Source: Acidimicrobiia bacterium (GTDB lineage Bacteria; Actinomycetota; Acidimicrobiia; Spongiisociales; ZC4RG35). Taken from it: 64,000 nt of DNA. Below the pieces are notes generated by a model, which was not told the origin of the DNA, ran no database searches, and saw nothing but the letters and a program-made list of their open reading frames with translations. A program made the position numbers and the translations under genes. Numbering within the stretch: the stretch's first letter is position 1; the number at the start of each line of letters is the position of its first letter. Positions 1 through 9,358 of the stretch are shown here, in pieces. The stretch is from assembly GCA_041742825.1 (NCBI GenBank), contig JBGTNX010000034.1, positions 105 through 64,104 on the forward strand, in the 5' to 3' direction.

Positions 1-64
1 GGCTCGCGGTATGGACGCGGTATGGAGGCTCACAGCGTCCGATCCCAGGGAGCCCCGGAAAGCC

Positions 65-91
65 GAAAACCCCTGAGATGCAAGGGTTTTC
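65..91 (-). terminator. Hairpin just downstream of tRNA-fMet
   Basis: Inverted repeat GAAAACCC (65-72) / GGGTTTTC (84-91) with an 11-nt loop, 5 nt beyond the tRNA 3' end. No clear U-tract on the minus strand. Confidence 0.35.
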
Positions 92-96
92 GTTCG

Positions 97-170
<74 letters not shown>

Positions 171-344
171 TCGGTGGAATAGCCAATTGTAAGGCGGCGC
201 GAGCGTTGTGCCAACCGGTGGCTACCTCATCACGAGGTCCGACCATACGAAATGGGCCACGGCATTGACCTGGTCGGGCGTCAACCTGGTCTCGAACCGG
301 GCATCCTCCCGGGCAAACCGGAATCCCGCAGCCGTCGCTTTCAA

Positions 345-983
345 TCACCTCGGACTGACAATCTTCCGGCTACGACACAGACATCTGCTGGTCTGGTCCA
401 GTGACCTCGCAACCACAACCTCGACGCCATCTCGTCGTAGTGCGTCGAGTTCCGACTTGTCGGCCTTTGAGTCAGTGATCAGAACGTCGATGTCCTCGAG
501 ACCGAGAGTCTGCCACATGGTTTCCTTGCCGATCTTGGTGTGGTCGGCTAAAACGAATCTCTTGACACCTGCAGCTGCAAGGGCTCGGTCCGACGCGGCC
601 ACCGTCACCTCGGGCGTCGTCAATCCGCGCCCCCGAGAGATGCCATTGCCGGACATGAACACCTTATTCACCTTGAGCGAGCGCAAGCTCTCTTCAGTCA
701 GCGGTCCAACGAGCGCCCGAATCGAGCGACGCAGCGATCCTGCGGTCGCCTCTACCTGGATGTTTTAGACGTGAATGAGGGCGGCTATGACCAGTAGCGA
801 GTTCGTGACCACCGTCAGTTCCGGAATCATCTTGATCTTGTTTGCGAGACCAAGTGTCGAAGTACCTGGCCCTAGGATGATTGAGTCGCCGACCTCGACG
901 AACCCGGCAGCCTCGACGGCGATTTCCTTTCTCGTTGTTGGCCTCGGCGCCGGTCGACCGGGTCCGAGAGGTCGAAAAAGCGG
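345..983 (-). pseudogene. DeoR-family regulator remnant: sugar-binding C-terminal domain only, with an in-frame stop and no HTH
   Basis: The minus frame reads ...KEIAVEAAGFVEVGDSIILGPGTSTLGLANKIKMIPELTVVTNSLLVIAALIHV-TAA-NIQVEATAGSLRRSIRALVGPLTEESLRSLKVNKVFMSGNGISRGRGLTTPE...LADHTKIG..., a DeoR C-terminal pattern. There is an in-frame TAA at 767-765 and an in-frame TGA at 986-984. The about 55-aa N-terminal HTH would have to overlap the plus-strand SDR gene starting at 1109 and is not recoverable in any frame. Confidence 0.55.
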
Positions 984-1108
984 TCACGGCCGAATTCCCA
1001 GGCCCTCAGCCGGCGCCAACCGGGTCGACTGATTAACGGAGGCGTGCTGCACCGACCAGACCCGTTCGCCATCGTCCTCACTGCACCAATCCCTTTATCC
1101 TCGTCCAC

Positions 1109-1831
1109 ATGGGCAATGTCGTGATCATCACCGGCGCGTCGAGCGGGTTGGGGCTTGCCCTTGCCGATTCGGTGCCCTTCGAGGCACGGGTGGTAGACAT
1201 CAGCCGGTCCGGGCCAACTCAGAGCGCAAACATCGAACACATCAGCGCCGACCTCGCCGATGTCACCTCGTGGGGCGCTGTGTCGGGCCAGATCGCGACC
1301 ATCATCGAAGAGGAGAATCCCGACAGGGCTGTCTTCATCCACGCAGCCGGCACCCTGGAGCCGATTGGCTTTGCCGGTGAGGTGGAATTCGAGCCATATG
1401 TGAACAACATCGTGCTCAACAGTGCGGCGGGACAAGTCCTCGGACATGTCTTCCTCTCAGCCGTGCGAGAACAGAATGGAACCCATGACCTGGTGATGAT
1501 CTCCTCAGGTGCGGCAAGCAACAACTACCCGGGATGGTCTGCCTACGGAGCAGGCAAAGCAGCGCTCGACCAGTGGGTGCGATACGTCGGTGCCGAGCAG
1601 CAGCTGCGGGGCGGAGTGCGCGTTGTGGCTGTCGCTCCGGGTGTCATGGACACCGGCATGCAGGCTGTGATCAGGTCTATGTCGGAGGGAGACTTTCCGA
1701 GAGTGCAAAGGTTCCGCGACCTGCACGAGCAGGGCGATTTGGTCGCTCCCGAAGATGCGGCCCGGCGCCTCTGGGAGGCGGTGGAGTCCGGTCTCGAACC
1801 GGGGTCGGTCCTCGACCTCCGGGATCTCTGA
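1109..1831 (+). CDS. SDR family oxidoreductase
   Basis: 240 aa. It has the TGASSGLG Rossmann motif and the YGAGKAAL catalytic Y-x3-K. Confidence 0.9.
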   Translation: MGNVVIITGASSGLGLALADSVPFEARVVDISRSGPTQSANIEHISADLADVTSWGAVSGQIATIIEEENPDRAVFIHAAGTLEPIGFAGEVEFEPYVNNIVLNSAAGQVLGHVFLSAVREQNGTHDLVMISSGAASNNYPGWSAYGAGKAALDQWVRYVGAEQQLRGGVRVVAVAPGVMDTGMQAVIRSMSEGDFPRVQRFRDLHEQGDLVAPEDAARRLWEAVESGLEPGSVLDLRDL

Positions 1832-1944
1832 AACCCACGAACGTTCCCATCGTCCCAGGTCATTGTGGAATGGACTACGCTGGATGACAGTTCAACCACC
1901 ACGCTGCCCTAGACCCCGTTAGCCGATCCGAAGGGAGAGGCGCC

Positions 1945-2292
1945 ATGACACTGCAGCGAATAGCTTCCATCACTCTTTCGGTAGACCCAAAACAAGACGA
2001 CGCAGTTCTCGACGTCAGAATCTCGGGCGAACTCGATATGGCATCAGGCCTGGTTCTCGAGGAAGCCATGAGACCCTACGAAGGCCTGCATACCGCGGTC
2101 AGCTACGACCTGGCTGATCTGACTTTCATCGACTGTTCTGGCCCGCGCGCCCTCCTGACACCGGCGGACGGAGACCCATTCAGCAGTCTGGTCTACATGA
2201 CCACTGCTTCCCCTTGTGTTCGCGGGTCACCTCAAACTCCTTCAGTTGCAGTCGTTGATCGACGCCTGATCCTCCGGGTCCCGGTCCTCTAG
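1945..2292 (+). CDS. STAS-domain protein (anti-sigma-factor antagonist-like)
   Basis: 115 aa. It has LDVRISGELDMASG...LADLTFIDCSG, typical of SpoIIAA/STAS. The C-terminal 35 aa look atypical, so the 3' end or frame is uncertain. Confidence 0.5.
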   Translation: MTLQRIASITLSVDPKQDDAVLDVRISGELDMASGLVLEEAMRPYEGLHTAVSYDLADLTFIDCSGPRALLTPADGDPFSSLVYMTTASPCVRGSPQTPSVAVVDRRLILRVPVL

Positions 2293-2328
2293 GGCGCGAC
2301 ACCGGTTCGGCGCCCGATTCCTCAGTCT

Positions 2329-2793
2329 TTAGCCGGCCTCGGAGCGGTCCACTTCCCCGCGCCACGCGCCGGTCTCGGTTCCACGGCCTTCGATGAAGTC
2401 CTTGAACCGCTTGAGGTCGCCCTTGATGCGCATCGAGATTACGCCCAGTTTGTCGGCTGCCTGTTCGGCAAACCCCTCGGGGTCGAAATCCATTTGCAGG
2501 GTGACCCTGGTCTGGTCGTCGTTGAGAGCGTGGAAGGTCACAACACCACCCTGAGCGACCCCAGTCCGTGACCTCCAAGCCACCCTCTGGTCGGGGGTCT
2601 GTTCGGTGATCTCGGCTTCGAACTCCCGGTCCACTCCGGCAATGTTGACATGCCAGCGAACGTGGCGGTCGTCGATTTGCTCGACCTTTTCGACACCCTC
2701 CATGAAGCGCGGGAACTCCTCGAACTGGGTCCACTGGTTGTAAACGGTGCGAACGTCTGAATCGACTTCAATGCTCTGGGTTACTTCACCCAT
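2329..2793 (-). CDS. SRPBCC (cyclase/dehydrase-like) family protein
   Basis: The ORF 2329-2865 is trimmed to the ATG at 2793, which is preceded by AAGGAGG. The sequence MGEVTQSIEVDSDVRTVYNQWTQFEEFPRFMEGV... fits the polyketide cyclase/SRPBCC pattern. Confidence 0.85.
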   Translation of the reverse strand: MGEVTQSIEVDSDVRTVYNQWTQFEEFPRFMEGVEKVEQIDDRHVRWHVNIAGVDREFEAEITEQTPDQRVAWRSRTGVAQGGVVTFHALNDDQTRVTLQMDFDPEGFAEQAADKLGVISMRIKGDLKRFKDFIEGRGTETGAWRGEVDRSEAG

Positions 2794-2861
2794 ATTGACC
2801 TCCTTGATGTCGAATTGCGATACCCGCACCCGCAGCGCCGCAAACCCAATGACACCACTGC

Positions 2862-4475
2862 TCACCGACGCTCGTAGACGTGACTCCCTCTGACGAAAGT
2901 CGATAACACCTCCGTCGCACGGAAATCACCGGCGATGAAGGGGTCGCGATCGAACACCACGAGGTCGGCGAGTTTGCCAACCGCCAACGACCCGCGGTCC
3001 TGCTCACTGTTATTGATGAATGCCGATCCCATAGTGAAAGCAGTCAACGCTTCCACCGGCGACAATGCCTGGTCCGGACCCAGGGGTTGGCCCCCTTCAG
3101 GGCCGGTGCGGTTGATTGCGACGTCGATCTCCGCCATCACATTTGCTGTTGAGACGTTCCAGTCGCTCCCCATCCCGAGAGTTGCACCCGAGCGAAGCAG
3201 GGAGCCGAACGGGTACTGCCATGAATCACGCTCCGGTGTGATGAAGGGCCGGGTCAGCTCGATCTGGTAATCGTCGTTCATTGCCCAGAGGGGCTGGGCG
3301 TTGGCGATTGCACCGAGTCGGGCGAAACGGGGCACGTCGTCGGGGTGGACGAACTGGATGTGGGCAATGTTGTGGCGGTTCTTCGAAGCTCCGTTGGCGT
3401 CTCGAGCGGCCTCGATTGCGTCGAGCGCGCTCCGCACAGCCCCATCGCCAACTGCATGGAAATGGCATTGGAATCCGTGCTGGTCGAGGATTGTCACGAT
3501 CTGCCTCAATTCGTCGGGATCTATGAAGTCGATCCCCTTGTTGGAGGTTGTGCCGCCGCTGTTGTCGAGATAGGGATCGAGCAGCGAAGCCGTGAAGTTC
3601 TCCGCCACCCCGTCGAGCATCAACTTCACCGAACTGGGCCGAAACCCCGGCGCCGACCGCTCCCGGCGGGCGACGAGATCGTGCACCTGCTCCAGTCCCC
3701 CCTTGCGGTCCCACCACAGGGCTCCAACTGCATCGCCGATGAGGGTCCCGGAGGAAGCAGCCCGAAGGTAGGCCTCCTGGACTTGGGCCACAACAGACGC
3801 CTCCTGCCAGCCGGTGATCCCAAAGCGGAGCATTTCCTCCTGACCCCGGACAAGGCCACGCACGAAGTCGTCAACGGTGTCTTCGGGTGCGTGCCTCTGT
3901 ACCAGTTGTTTCGCTCCCTCGTGGAGGGTCCCCTGCGGTGACCCATCGGGCATTCTCTCGATCCGGCCGTCGGGAGGGTCGGGAGTTGCTGCCGTGATCC
4001 CCGCTAGCTCGAGGGCCCGGGTGTTGGCCCATGCCCCATGCCCGTCTGCGTTGGTGAGCAAGGCAGGTCGGTCGGCGAGGAAGGCGTCGAGAGACAACGC
4101 GTCAGGGCAACCCCTCTGGAACCATGCCTGAGACCACCCACCACCGAGAATCCACGGCTCGTCAGGGTTCTCGGACACATAGCGTGCGATCGCAGCAATC
4201 GCGTCGGTTGCGTTGGCGCAGTCATCGAAAGTGAGCCGCAACTGCTCCAGACCGCTGGTCGCGGTGTGAACATGTGCGTCGGTGAAACCGGGAGTAGCCA
4301 ATACGCCGGCGAGGTCGACCTTTTCGGTCGTCGGTCCGACTACTGCATCGATTTCGGCAGTCGTGCCAACGGCTATCACCCGTTCACCCGATACGGCGAC
4401 AGCCTCGACAAAGGGGCGGTCGGCATTCCCGGTGAACACCCTTCCGTTGCTGAAAGCGAAACTTGCGTTAGACAT
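2862..4475 (-). CDS. Amidohydrolase family protein (amidohydrolase_3-type metal-dependent hydrolase)
   Basis: 537 aa. It has the TDAHVH metal-binding motif near the N-terminus, HFHAVGD, and a C-terminal GKLADLVV motif. Confidence 0.9.
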   Translation of the reverse strand: MSNASFAFSNGRVFTGNADRPFVEAVAVSGERVIAVGTTAEIDAVVGPTTEKVDLAGVLATPGFTDAHVHTATSGLEQLRLTFDDCANATDAIAAIARYVSENPDEPWILGGGWSQAWFQRGCPDALSLDAFLADRPALLTNADGHGAWANTRALELAGITAATPDPPDGRIERMPDGSPQGTLHEGAKQLVQRHAPEDTVDDFVRGLVRGQEEMLRFGITGWQEASVVAQVQEAYLRAASSGTLIGDAVGALWWDRKGGLEQVHDLVARRERSAPGFRPSSVKLMLDGVAENFTASLLDPYLDNSGGTTSNKGIDFIDPDELRQIVTILDQHGFQCHFHAVGDGAVRSALDAIEAARDANGASKNRHNIAHIQFVHPDDVPRFARLGAIANAQPLWAMNDDYQIELTRPFITPERDSWQYPFGSLLRSGATLGMGSDWNVSTANVMAEIDVAINRTGPEGGQPLGPDQALSPVEALTAFTMGSAFINNSEQDRGSLAVGKLADLVVFDRDPFIAGDFRATEVLSTFVRGSHVYERR

Positions 4476-4597
4476 CGAAGAAGTGTGCCACTCTCCCGCC
4501 GAAATCCACCGTCAGGCAAGAGAGAACACCCGGTCGTGGGCACATCACGGCCCGGTCGAACTCAATAGAGTAACCACGGTCCGGCTAAGGAGAATAT

Positions 4598-5932
4598 GTG
4601 GCTACCGAAAGCACAACAGGTTCCGGCGAGTCAATCGAAGCGGTGGTTGCGGCCGCCGCCGAATTGGGCGTTGAACTCGACGCTGATGAAGCTCACGAGT
4701 GGATTACGGCAGTCTCACGGGAGGCGTCGGCTCCCCTGATGGTCGACGTCAACAGCGGCGTGTACGGCCACCATGTGACGTTGGCCGATCTCGACTCGAA
4801 TGAGCTCGGCCGCTACCGGCACATAGCGGCGATCATCGGAATCGACGACCGACCCCCCGATGTGCTGACAGCCCTCGCTCTCTCCGGTTCAGCAGCCCAG
4901 AACCGCGTCCATCGCTATCCCGGCGACTGCGATTTCTTCGAGCGGGTCCACATCCGGGCTGCCACCCGGGAGTCCGCATGCAATCTGCTCGGGGAGGTGA
5001 TCCGTGACAAAGCGATGTCAGCCATGAGAGGACCGGGCTATCGGTTGCAGGAGGTCAAGTTCGGCACGTGGCCGGTGTCGGCTGCGATCGTCGGCGGAGA
5101 GGTCAAGGCCGGGTCTCCAGTCTCCTGGGCTCCCGCACAGATCGAAGTGGGCGGAATTGAGTACCAGAGTGCCGACGGCGCCCGGGCCGTTCTCGGCTGG
5201 GATGCGGCTGCCGCAGATCCGGGATGGTGCAAGCTCGACTGGGTGGTCGCCGACCCCGGCCACGGGGGTGTCTCCAATGCTTCGAATGTGCTCGACGCCA
5301 CGTGGGAAGCACCCGACGGCACCGTCACTCCGCTAGACGGATTCCTCGACCCCTACTTTCAAGAGGTGTACTTGGAGGTCGATTCGATCCCATTGTTCTC
5401 GAAACTGGTCAAGGAGATGGGGGCCGATTCGGTGGCTGAGTACGTGGACCGCCTCACCGAGGAGGTCTATAAGTACACAGTGGAGAGCCCCAATTACGGC
5501 AAGGCGGCACGCCGTATGTACAACATCTTCCGCCTCACTGGCCGTTACCCCGAAGCCGCTTATCTTCGTGAGCTCTTTGACGAGCCGGTCTCAGCCCTGT
5601 ACCAGGTGGCGGCCATGCTGAGGACCCTGACCGAGGCCGCCGACGGATCCGGCAATTTCGACTCGGACGGGATGGTGGCCCAAATCGACCACCTCATCAT
5701 GTCTGCGGTCGAGGCACTCGAGGGCCGCTCGGAAGCCGAGATGGTGGCGAAGCTGCTCCGACTTCGGGACTCGGTGAGCGACCGTGACGAAGCGTCAGAA
5801 TTCGCCGGGGACGCGTCGGAGGTAAGGGCCGACGCGATGAGCGCCGTTGACACGTACTTCGAGAAAACCCTCACCGGGGTCCCCACAATAAAAGAGTACC
5901 TGGGGGACGTTGCCTCCAGGTACTCGAAGTAG
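4598..5932 (+). CDS. Hypothetical protein with Pol-beta-fold nucleotidyltransferase motifs
   Basis: 444 aa, GTG start 7 nt after AAGGAG. It has LSGS-x11-DCDFF (aa 95-114), matching hG[GS]-x9-13-DhDh. A later acidic strand KLDWVVAD follows, then a helical C-terminal half. Confidence 0.75.
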   Translation: MATESTTGSGESIEAVVAAAAELGVELDADEAHEWITAVSREASAPLMVDVNSGVYGHHVTLADLDSNELGRYRHIAAIIGIDDRPPDVLTALALSGSAAQNRVHRYPGDCDFFERVHIRAATRESACNLLGEVIRDKAMSAMRGPGYRLQEVKFGTWPVSAAIVGGEVKAGSPVSWAPAQIEVGGIEYQSADGARAVLGWDAAAADPGWCKLDWVVADPGHGGVSNASNVLDATWEAPDGTVTPLDGFLDPYFQEVYLEVDSIPLFSKLVKEMGADSVAEYVDRLTEEVYKYTVESPNYGKAARRMYNIFRLTGRYPEAAYLRELFDEPVSALYQVAAMLRTLTEAADGSGNFDSDGMVAQIDHLIMSAVEALEGRSEAEMVAKLLRLRDSVSDRDEASEFAGDASEVRADAMSAVDTYFEKTLTGVPTIKEYLGDVASRYSK

Positions 5933-5935
5933 CAG

Positions 5936-5962
5936 GTACCGGCCCAAACGGTGGGCCGGTAC
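5936..5962. terminator. Bidirectional hairpin between convergent genes
   Basis: Perfect 11-bp stem GTACCGGCCCA / TGGGCCGGTAC with a 5-nt loop, lying between the stop codons at 5932 (+) and 5972 (-). Confidence 0.55.
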
Positions 5963-5971
5963 TCTCAATTA

Positions 5972-6187
5972 CTACTTATCGATGATCGTTACATCACTTT
6001 TGCCGGTGCGATCCTCGGTAGAGGCGGTCATCATCAAAGTCAGGACAAGCCCGATGATTCCGACAATCAGAAGGATCAAACCGATCATGTTCACGTCGAA
6101 GCCTTCCCCTTCGACGCTCACGGCCCAGTAGAGGATTGCGCCGAGCGCGATGAGGAACAAGCTTCCTCCGATTCCACCAGTTCTCAT
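5972..6187 (-). CDS. Small two-TM membrane protein (DUF6458-like)
   Basis: 71 aa. GGSLFLIALGAILYWAV and IGLILLIVGIIGLVLTLMM are two hydrophobic helices. The pattern is common in small actinobacterial membrane proteins. Confidence 0.7.
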   Translation of the reverse strand: MRTGGIGGSLFLIALGAILYWAVSVEGEGFDVNMIGLILLIVGIIGLVLTLMMTASTEDRTGKSDVTIIDK

Positions 6188-6376
6188 TTGAATACCCCTT
6201 TCAGGAGTTGTGCCGCCGGAAATACCCGATAATTGACCCAGCTAAACCCCCGGTGACTCCAGGTGTGCCCCGGCAAAGCCAAAAGTCCCCATCAGCACTG
6301 CTTTTAGACCCTAGTCCTATCGGGTAGACACTGCGACGGTTCACAAGAAGACGTTCGAGATGAGAAGGGACTGAGG

Positions 6377-7135
6377 ATGACCAACTTCGACTACGGAAAC
6401 AAGGTGGCGATCGTAACTGGCGGCGGATCAGGCATCGGCGAGGCGTGCGCTGTTTTGATGGCTTCGGCCGGCGCCAAGGTTGTGGTTGCGGACTTTGATG
6501 AAGATGGCGGCAACCGTGTCGCCAACGCGATCAATGACGACAGGGGTACTGCGTCCTTTTTCAAGGCTGACGTCAGCATGCCGGACCAGGTCGAGTCGAT
6601 GGTGAAACATGCCGTCGATACCTACGGGGGACTCCACGTCGCAGTCAACAATGCCGGTATCGGGGGGGCGCAGGCACTGACCGGCGACTACCCGCTCGAT
6701 TCCTGGCACCAGGTCATCGACGTCAATCTCAGCGGCGTGTTCTACGGCCTCCGCTATGAGATTCCGGCAATGCTCGAATCGGGCGGCGGTTCGATTGTCA
6801 ACATGGCCTCGATCCTCGGCAGTGTTGGCTTCGCCAATTCTTCGGCGTATGTTGCCGCCAAGCATGGTGTTGTCGGGCTTTCCAAGAACGCGGCACTGGA
6901 GTATGCGGCAAGCGGTGTGCGGGTCAATTCGGTTGGGCCGGCTTTCATCCAGACCCCGCTACTCGACAACAACCTCGACGACGAGATGCTGGCTGCACTC
7001 TCGGGCATGCACCCGATCCAGAGGCTGGGCACACCTGAGGAAGTCGCCAACCTGGTCGGGTTCCTCGGCTCGGACGCCTCGTCCTTTTGCACGGGGGGCT
7101 ACTACCTGGTCGACGGCGGATATACGGCCCAGTAG
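6377..7135 (+). CDS. SDR family oxidoreductase (FabG/glucose dehydrogenase-like)
   Basis: 252 aa with TGGGSGIG, NNAG, and YVAAKHGV (Y-x3-K). Confidence 0.9.
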   Translation: MTNFDYGNKVAIVTGGGSGIGEACAVLMASAGAKVVVADFDEDGGNRVANAINDDRGTASFFKADVSMPDQVESMVKHAVDTYGGLHVAVNNAGIGGAQALTGDYPLDSWHQVIDVNLSGVFYGLRYEIPAMLESGGGSIVNMASILGSVGFANSSAYVAAKHGVVGLSKNAALEYAASGVRVNSVGPAFIQTPLLDNNLDDEMLAALSGMHPIQRLGTPEEVANLVGFLGSDASSFCTGGYYLVDGGYTAQ

Positions 7136-7147
7136 GCGTATAGGTCC

Positions 7148-8287
7148 TCAGGCAAGAAGTTCGAACCGGGTGGCTGCCGACGGCCGGCCATTGACCTGAA
7201 CCGTGAGCCGGTGGATACCGGGGTACAGGGTGAAGGTAGTTGCGCCGGCCCGAAGGCGATGGTTCTTGGATAACACCCGGGTCTCTCCCGGAACCATTTC
7301 AAGGGATTTCAGCTTGAAAACTTTCGGTCGGGTCGCGCCGTCCTTTTTGACGAAATCGATGATGTAGTCGACAACGAGCTTCTCTCGGGCATGGGCCACG
7401 ATCTCGAACTCAAACCGCAGCGAATCACCAACCCGGACCGGGCTGGAAGGGTCGAGATGAATTGGCCCGATCGACACCTTCGGCTTGGCTGAGTAGCCGA
7501 GTAATTCCAATGCGTCACGGTCGCCACGTTTGATCAGCGTGCGCAATGCGTGGCGATCCATCCAATCGACCTCGCGTGCGTCCTGGAGGCCCTCGGACCG
7601 CCAGCGTCGCAACCTTTCCACGACGAGTCCCGGGTCACTCTTGGCTATGTCGTTGAGGTGATTGGCAACCGAACGCGTCACGTACCTGGTTGGATCGGCA
7701 TAGAGCAGGTCGAGCAATGGGAGGGTATCGGACGGACTGAGCCTGATCCGTGGAGCCCAGGGAAGCAAAGGCCGGGTCCCTTCGCTGACGAGGCGGCGCA
7801 CGTGGTAGTTCCCGTCAGCCGCCCATTCCCGGAGTACAGCCAGTGTCCGATCCGGATATGCGTCGAGGAACGGGCGGATGGGCCCTTCCATCGAGAAACG
7901 TTGCGTGATCTCCTTGATGGCCCCAATCGACAACTCGTAGGATTCCGCGTTGAGACCCCTCGCCACGATGATTTCGCCAAACGGAGCGAAGATGAAATCG
8001 CCGAAGTCCCCATCAGACAGACTCGGATCGAGCGGCGGCGGCAATGAAGCGACAATCAGAGCGATGCTCTGCTCGTAGTCTTCGGGCAGGTATCGCTCCA
8101 CTTCGCCTGCAATGTGTGAGATCCGTTGCTTGAGTTCCAGCGGGCCTATACCGGCCACTACCTCGGGGACGAACCGATCCACGTCGAAGCCAGGTAAAAC
8201 CGGCTCCAAAAGTCTCCCGAGTCGGGTCATTGTCTCCTCGTTGAACAGATGGTCTTTGAGACTGAAGCGCTCCGGGGTTTCGGACAT
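7148..8287 (-). CDS. DNA alkylation repair protein (HEAT-like repeat family)
   Basis: Trimmed to the ATG at 8287 (MSETPERFSLKDHLFN...). It has WAADGNYHVRRLVSEGTRPLLPW and VTRSVANHLNDIAK, typical of the DNA_alkylation family. Confidence 0.8.
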   Translation of the reverse strand: MSETPERFSLKDHLFNEETMTRLGRLLEPVLPGFDVDRFVPEVVAGIGPLELKQRISHIAGEVERYLPEDYEQSIALIVASLPPPLDPSLSDGDFGDFIFAPFGEIIVARGLNAESYELSIGAIKEITQRFSMEGPIRPFLDAYPDRTLAVLREWAADGNYHVRRLVSEGTRPLLPWAPRIRLSPSDTLPLLDLLYADPTRYVTRSVANHLNDIAKSDPGLVVERLRRWRSEGLQDAREVDWMDRHALRTLIKRGDRDALELLGYSAKPKVSIGPIHLDPSSPVRVGDSLRFEFEIVAHAREKLVVDYIIDFVKKDGATRPKVFKLKSLEMVPGETRVLSKNHRLRAGATTFTLYPGIHRLTVQVNGRPSAATRFELLA

Positions 8288-8677
8288 GCTGCGTCGAGAA
8301 TACGAAGGGCGGGTGGCCGGACCAAGTCCCGAGACTGAGGAGAGGAGGGCACAAAAAGGTGCAAGGCCCATCTGACGAGATTCCTGCGTACCGGCGAACC
8401 GGACTCAGGTTTTGCGATCGTTCGGCTCCTATTGCCAAACTCTCAGTCGGGAAGTCGCCCGACTCTCGCTCCGCCACATGGACCTTGCAGAAGTGAATAT
8501 AGACCACGTGGGTCAATCGTGCGAATGAGCGCGAAACTTTCCGCTAACGGACGTAGAACTGCCCGTTACCCGGAGATGAAGTCGACGGTTTACAGGCATC
8601 CTGTTAGGTTCGGAGGGCCTGACCGATCGGCCGATTCGGCCGGTTCCAGGCCAGTATTCGATGTTGAGGACAAGAAA

Positions 8678-8956
8678 ATGGCCGCTGATACCGCCGCCGA
8701 GAAGAGGCGGCAACGACAGATCGACAACCATCGCGAGAACGAAGCTCGATGGCTGCAGAAAATGCTCTTTGCCACCGGGAAGGCGCGCGACGCCCGAGAG
8801 AAACTGGCCGCAGCGACCGGCGAACGCCTTAACCCTCTGGTCACGCTCGACAACGGCGATCAAATCGCGCTCGACACGCTCGAAGAGATCATCCAGAAGC
8901 GAGTCGACGATCTCCACGTCTCCTTGGGGCGAGCAGTCCACACCAACAAGAGGTAA
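8678..8956 (+). CDS. Hypothetical small basic protein (92 aa)
   Basis: ATG at 8678 after a GAGGA-containing spacer. Third-position GC is coding-like. No recognisable family. Confidence 0.45.
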   Translation: MAADTAAEKRRQRQIDNHRENEARWLQKMLFATGKARDAREKLAAATGERLNPLVTLDNGDQIALDTLEEIIQKRVDDLHVSLGRAVHTNKR

Positions 8957-9092
8957 ACCAATACGGGAACTTTCTTGGGTTGTCCCGAGAGTTCCGAATC
9001 GATTCTTCGGGCGGGACCGGGTTTGATGTTTGTGGTGTTTTGGCGTTGGGTAAACGGGTCCGTCTGGGATCAACGAATAAGGAGAACCCACA

Positions 9093-9260
9093 ATGAAAAA
9101 CAAGAAACTGTCCCGTTCGATTACGGCGCTGGCCCTTGCTGCGGCCATGGCACTCACCGGCTGTGACGCTGCCGATGATGATCCGGTAGACCCCGCACCG
9201 GGCGACACCACCACCACCAGCCTTGTTGAGGAAATGACCACAACCACGGTCGCCCCGTAA
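9093..9260 (+). CDS. Small lipoprotein (55 aa), absent from the ORF track
   Basis: AAGGAGAA lies 6 nt before the ATG. MKNKKLSRSITALALAAAMALTGC carries a lipobox (LTGC), followed by an acidic and Thr-rich tail. A terminator follows the gene. Confidence 0.5.
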   Translation: MKNKKLSRSITALALAAAMALTGCDAADDDPVDPAPGDTTTTSLVEEMTTTTVAP

Positions 9261-9277
9261 ACAACAACCAAACCGCA

Positions 9278-9317
9278 GAGAAAACCCCCGGAGCCTCAAG
9301 GCCCCGGGGGTTTTCTC
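9278..9317. terminator. Intrinsic terminator hairpin (symmetrical, usable on both strands)
   Basis: GAGAAAACCCCCGG / CCGGGGGTTTTCTC arms (12-14 bp). The GC-rich core is followed by a T-run on either strand. Confidence 0.55.
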
Positions 9318-9358
9318 ATATTCGCGTTGGCTTCGCCAGCCAGTACCATGATGAGCCC

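Noticed and set aside
872-1447. 191-aa minus ORF, considered as a possible N-terminal part of the DeoR gene.
   Set aside because: Most of it is antisense to the SDR gene (1109-1831) and has no HTH-like sequence. Only the 345-983 frame carries DeoR similarity.
2180-2734. 184-aa minus ORF overlapping the STAS and SRPBCC genes.
   Set aside because: It is out of frame with the well-supported SRPBCC gene on the same strand and has Arg/Gly/Pro-rich composition. It is a shadow ORF.
4598-6187. CBASS-like defence operon built on the nucleotidyltransferase-fold gene.
   Set aside because: No effector, Cap2/Cap3 or other defence-type gene is adjacent. The only neighbour is a convergent small two-TM protein separated by a terminator hairpin.
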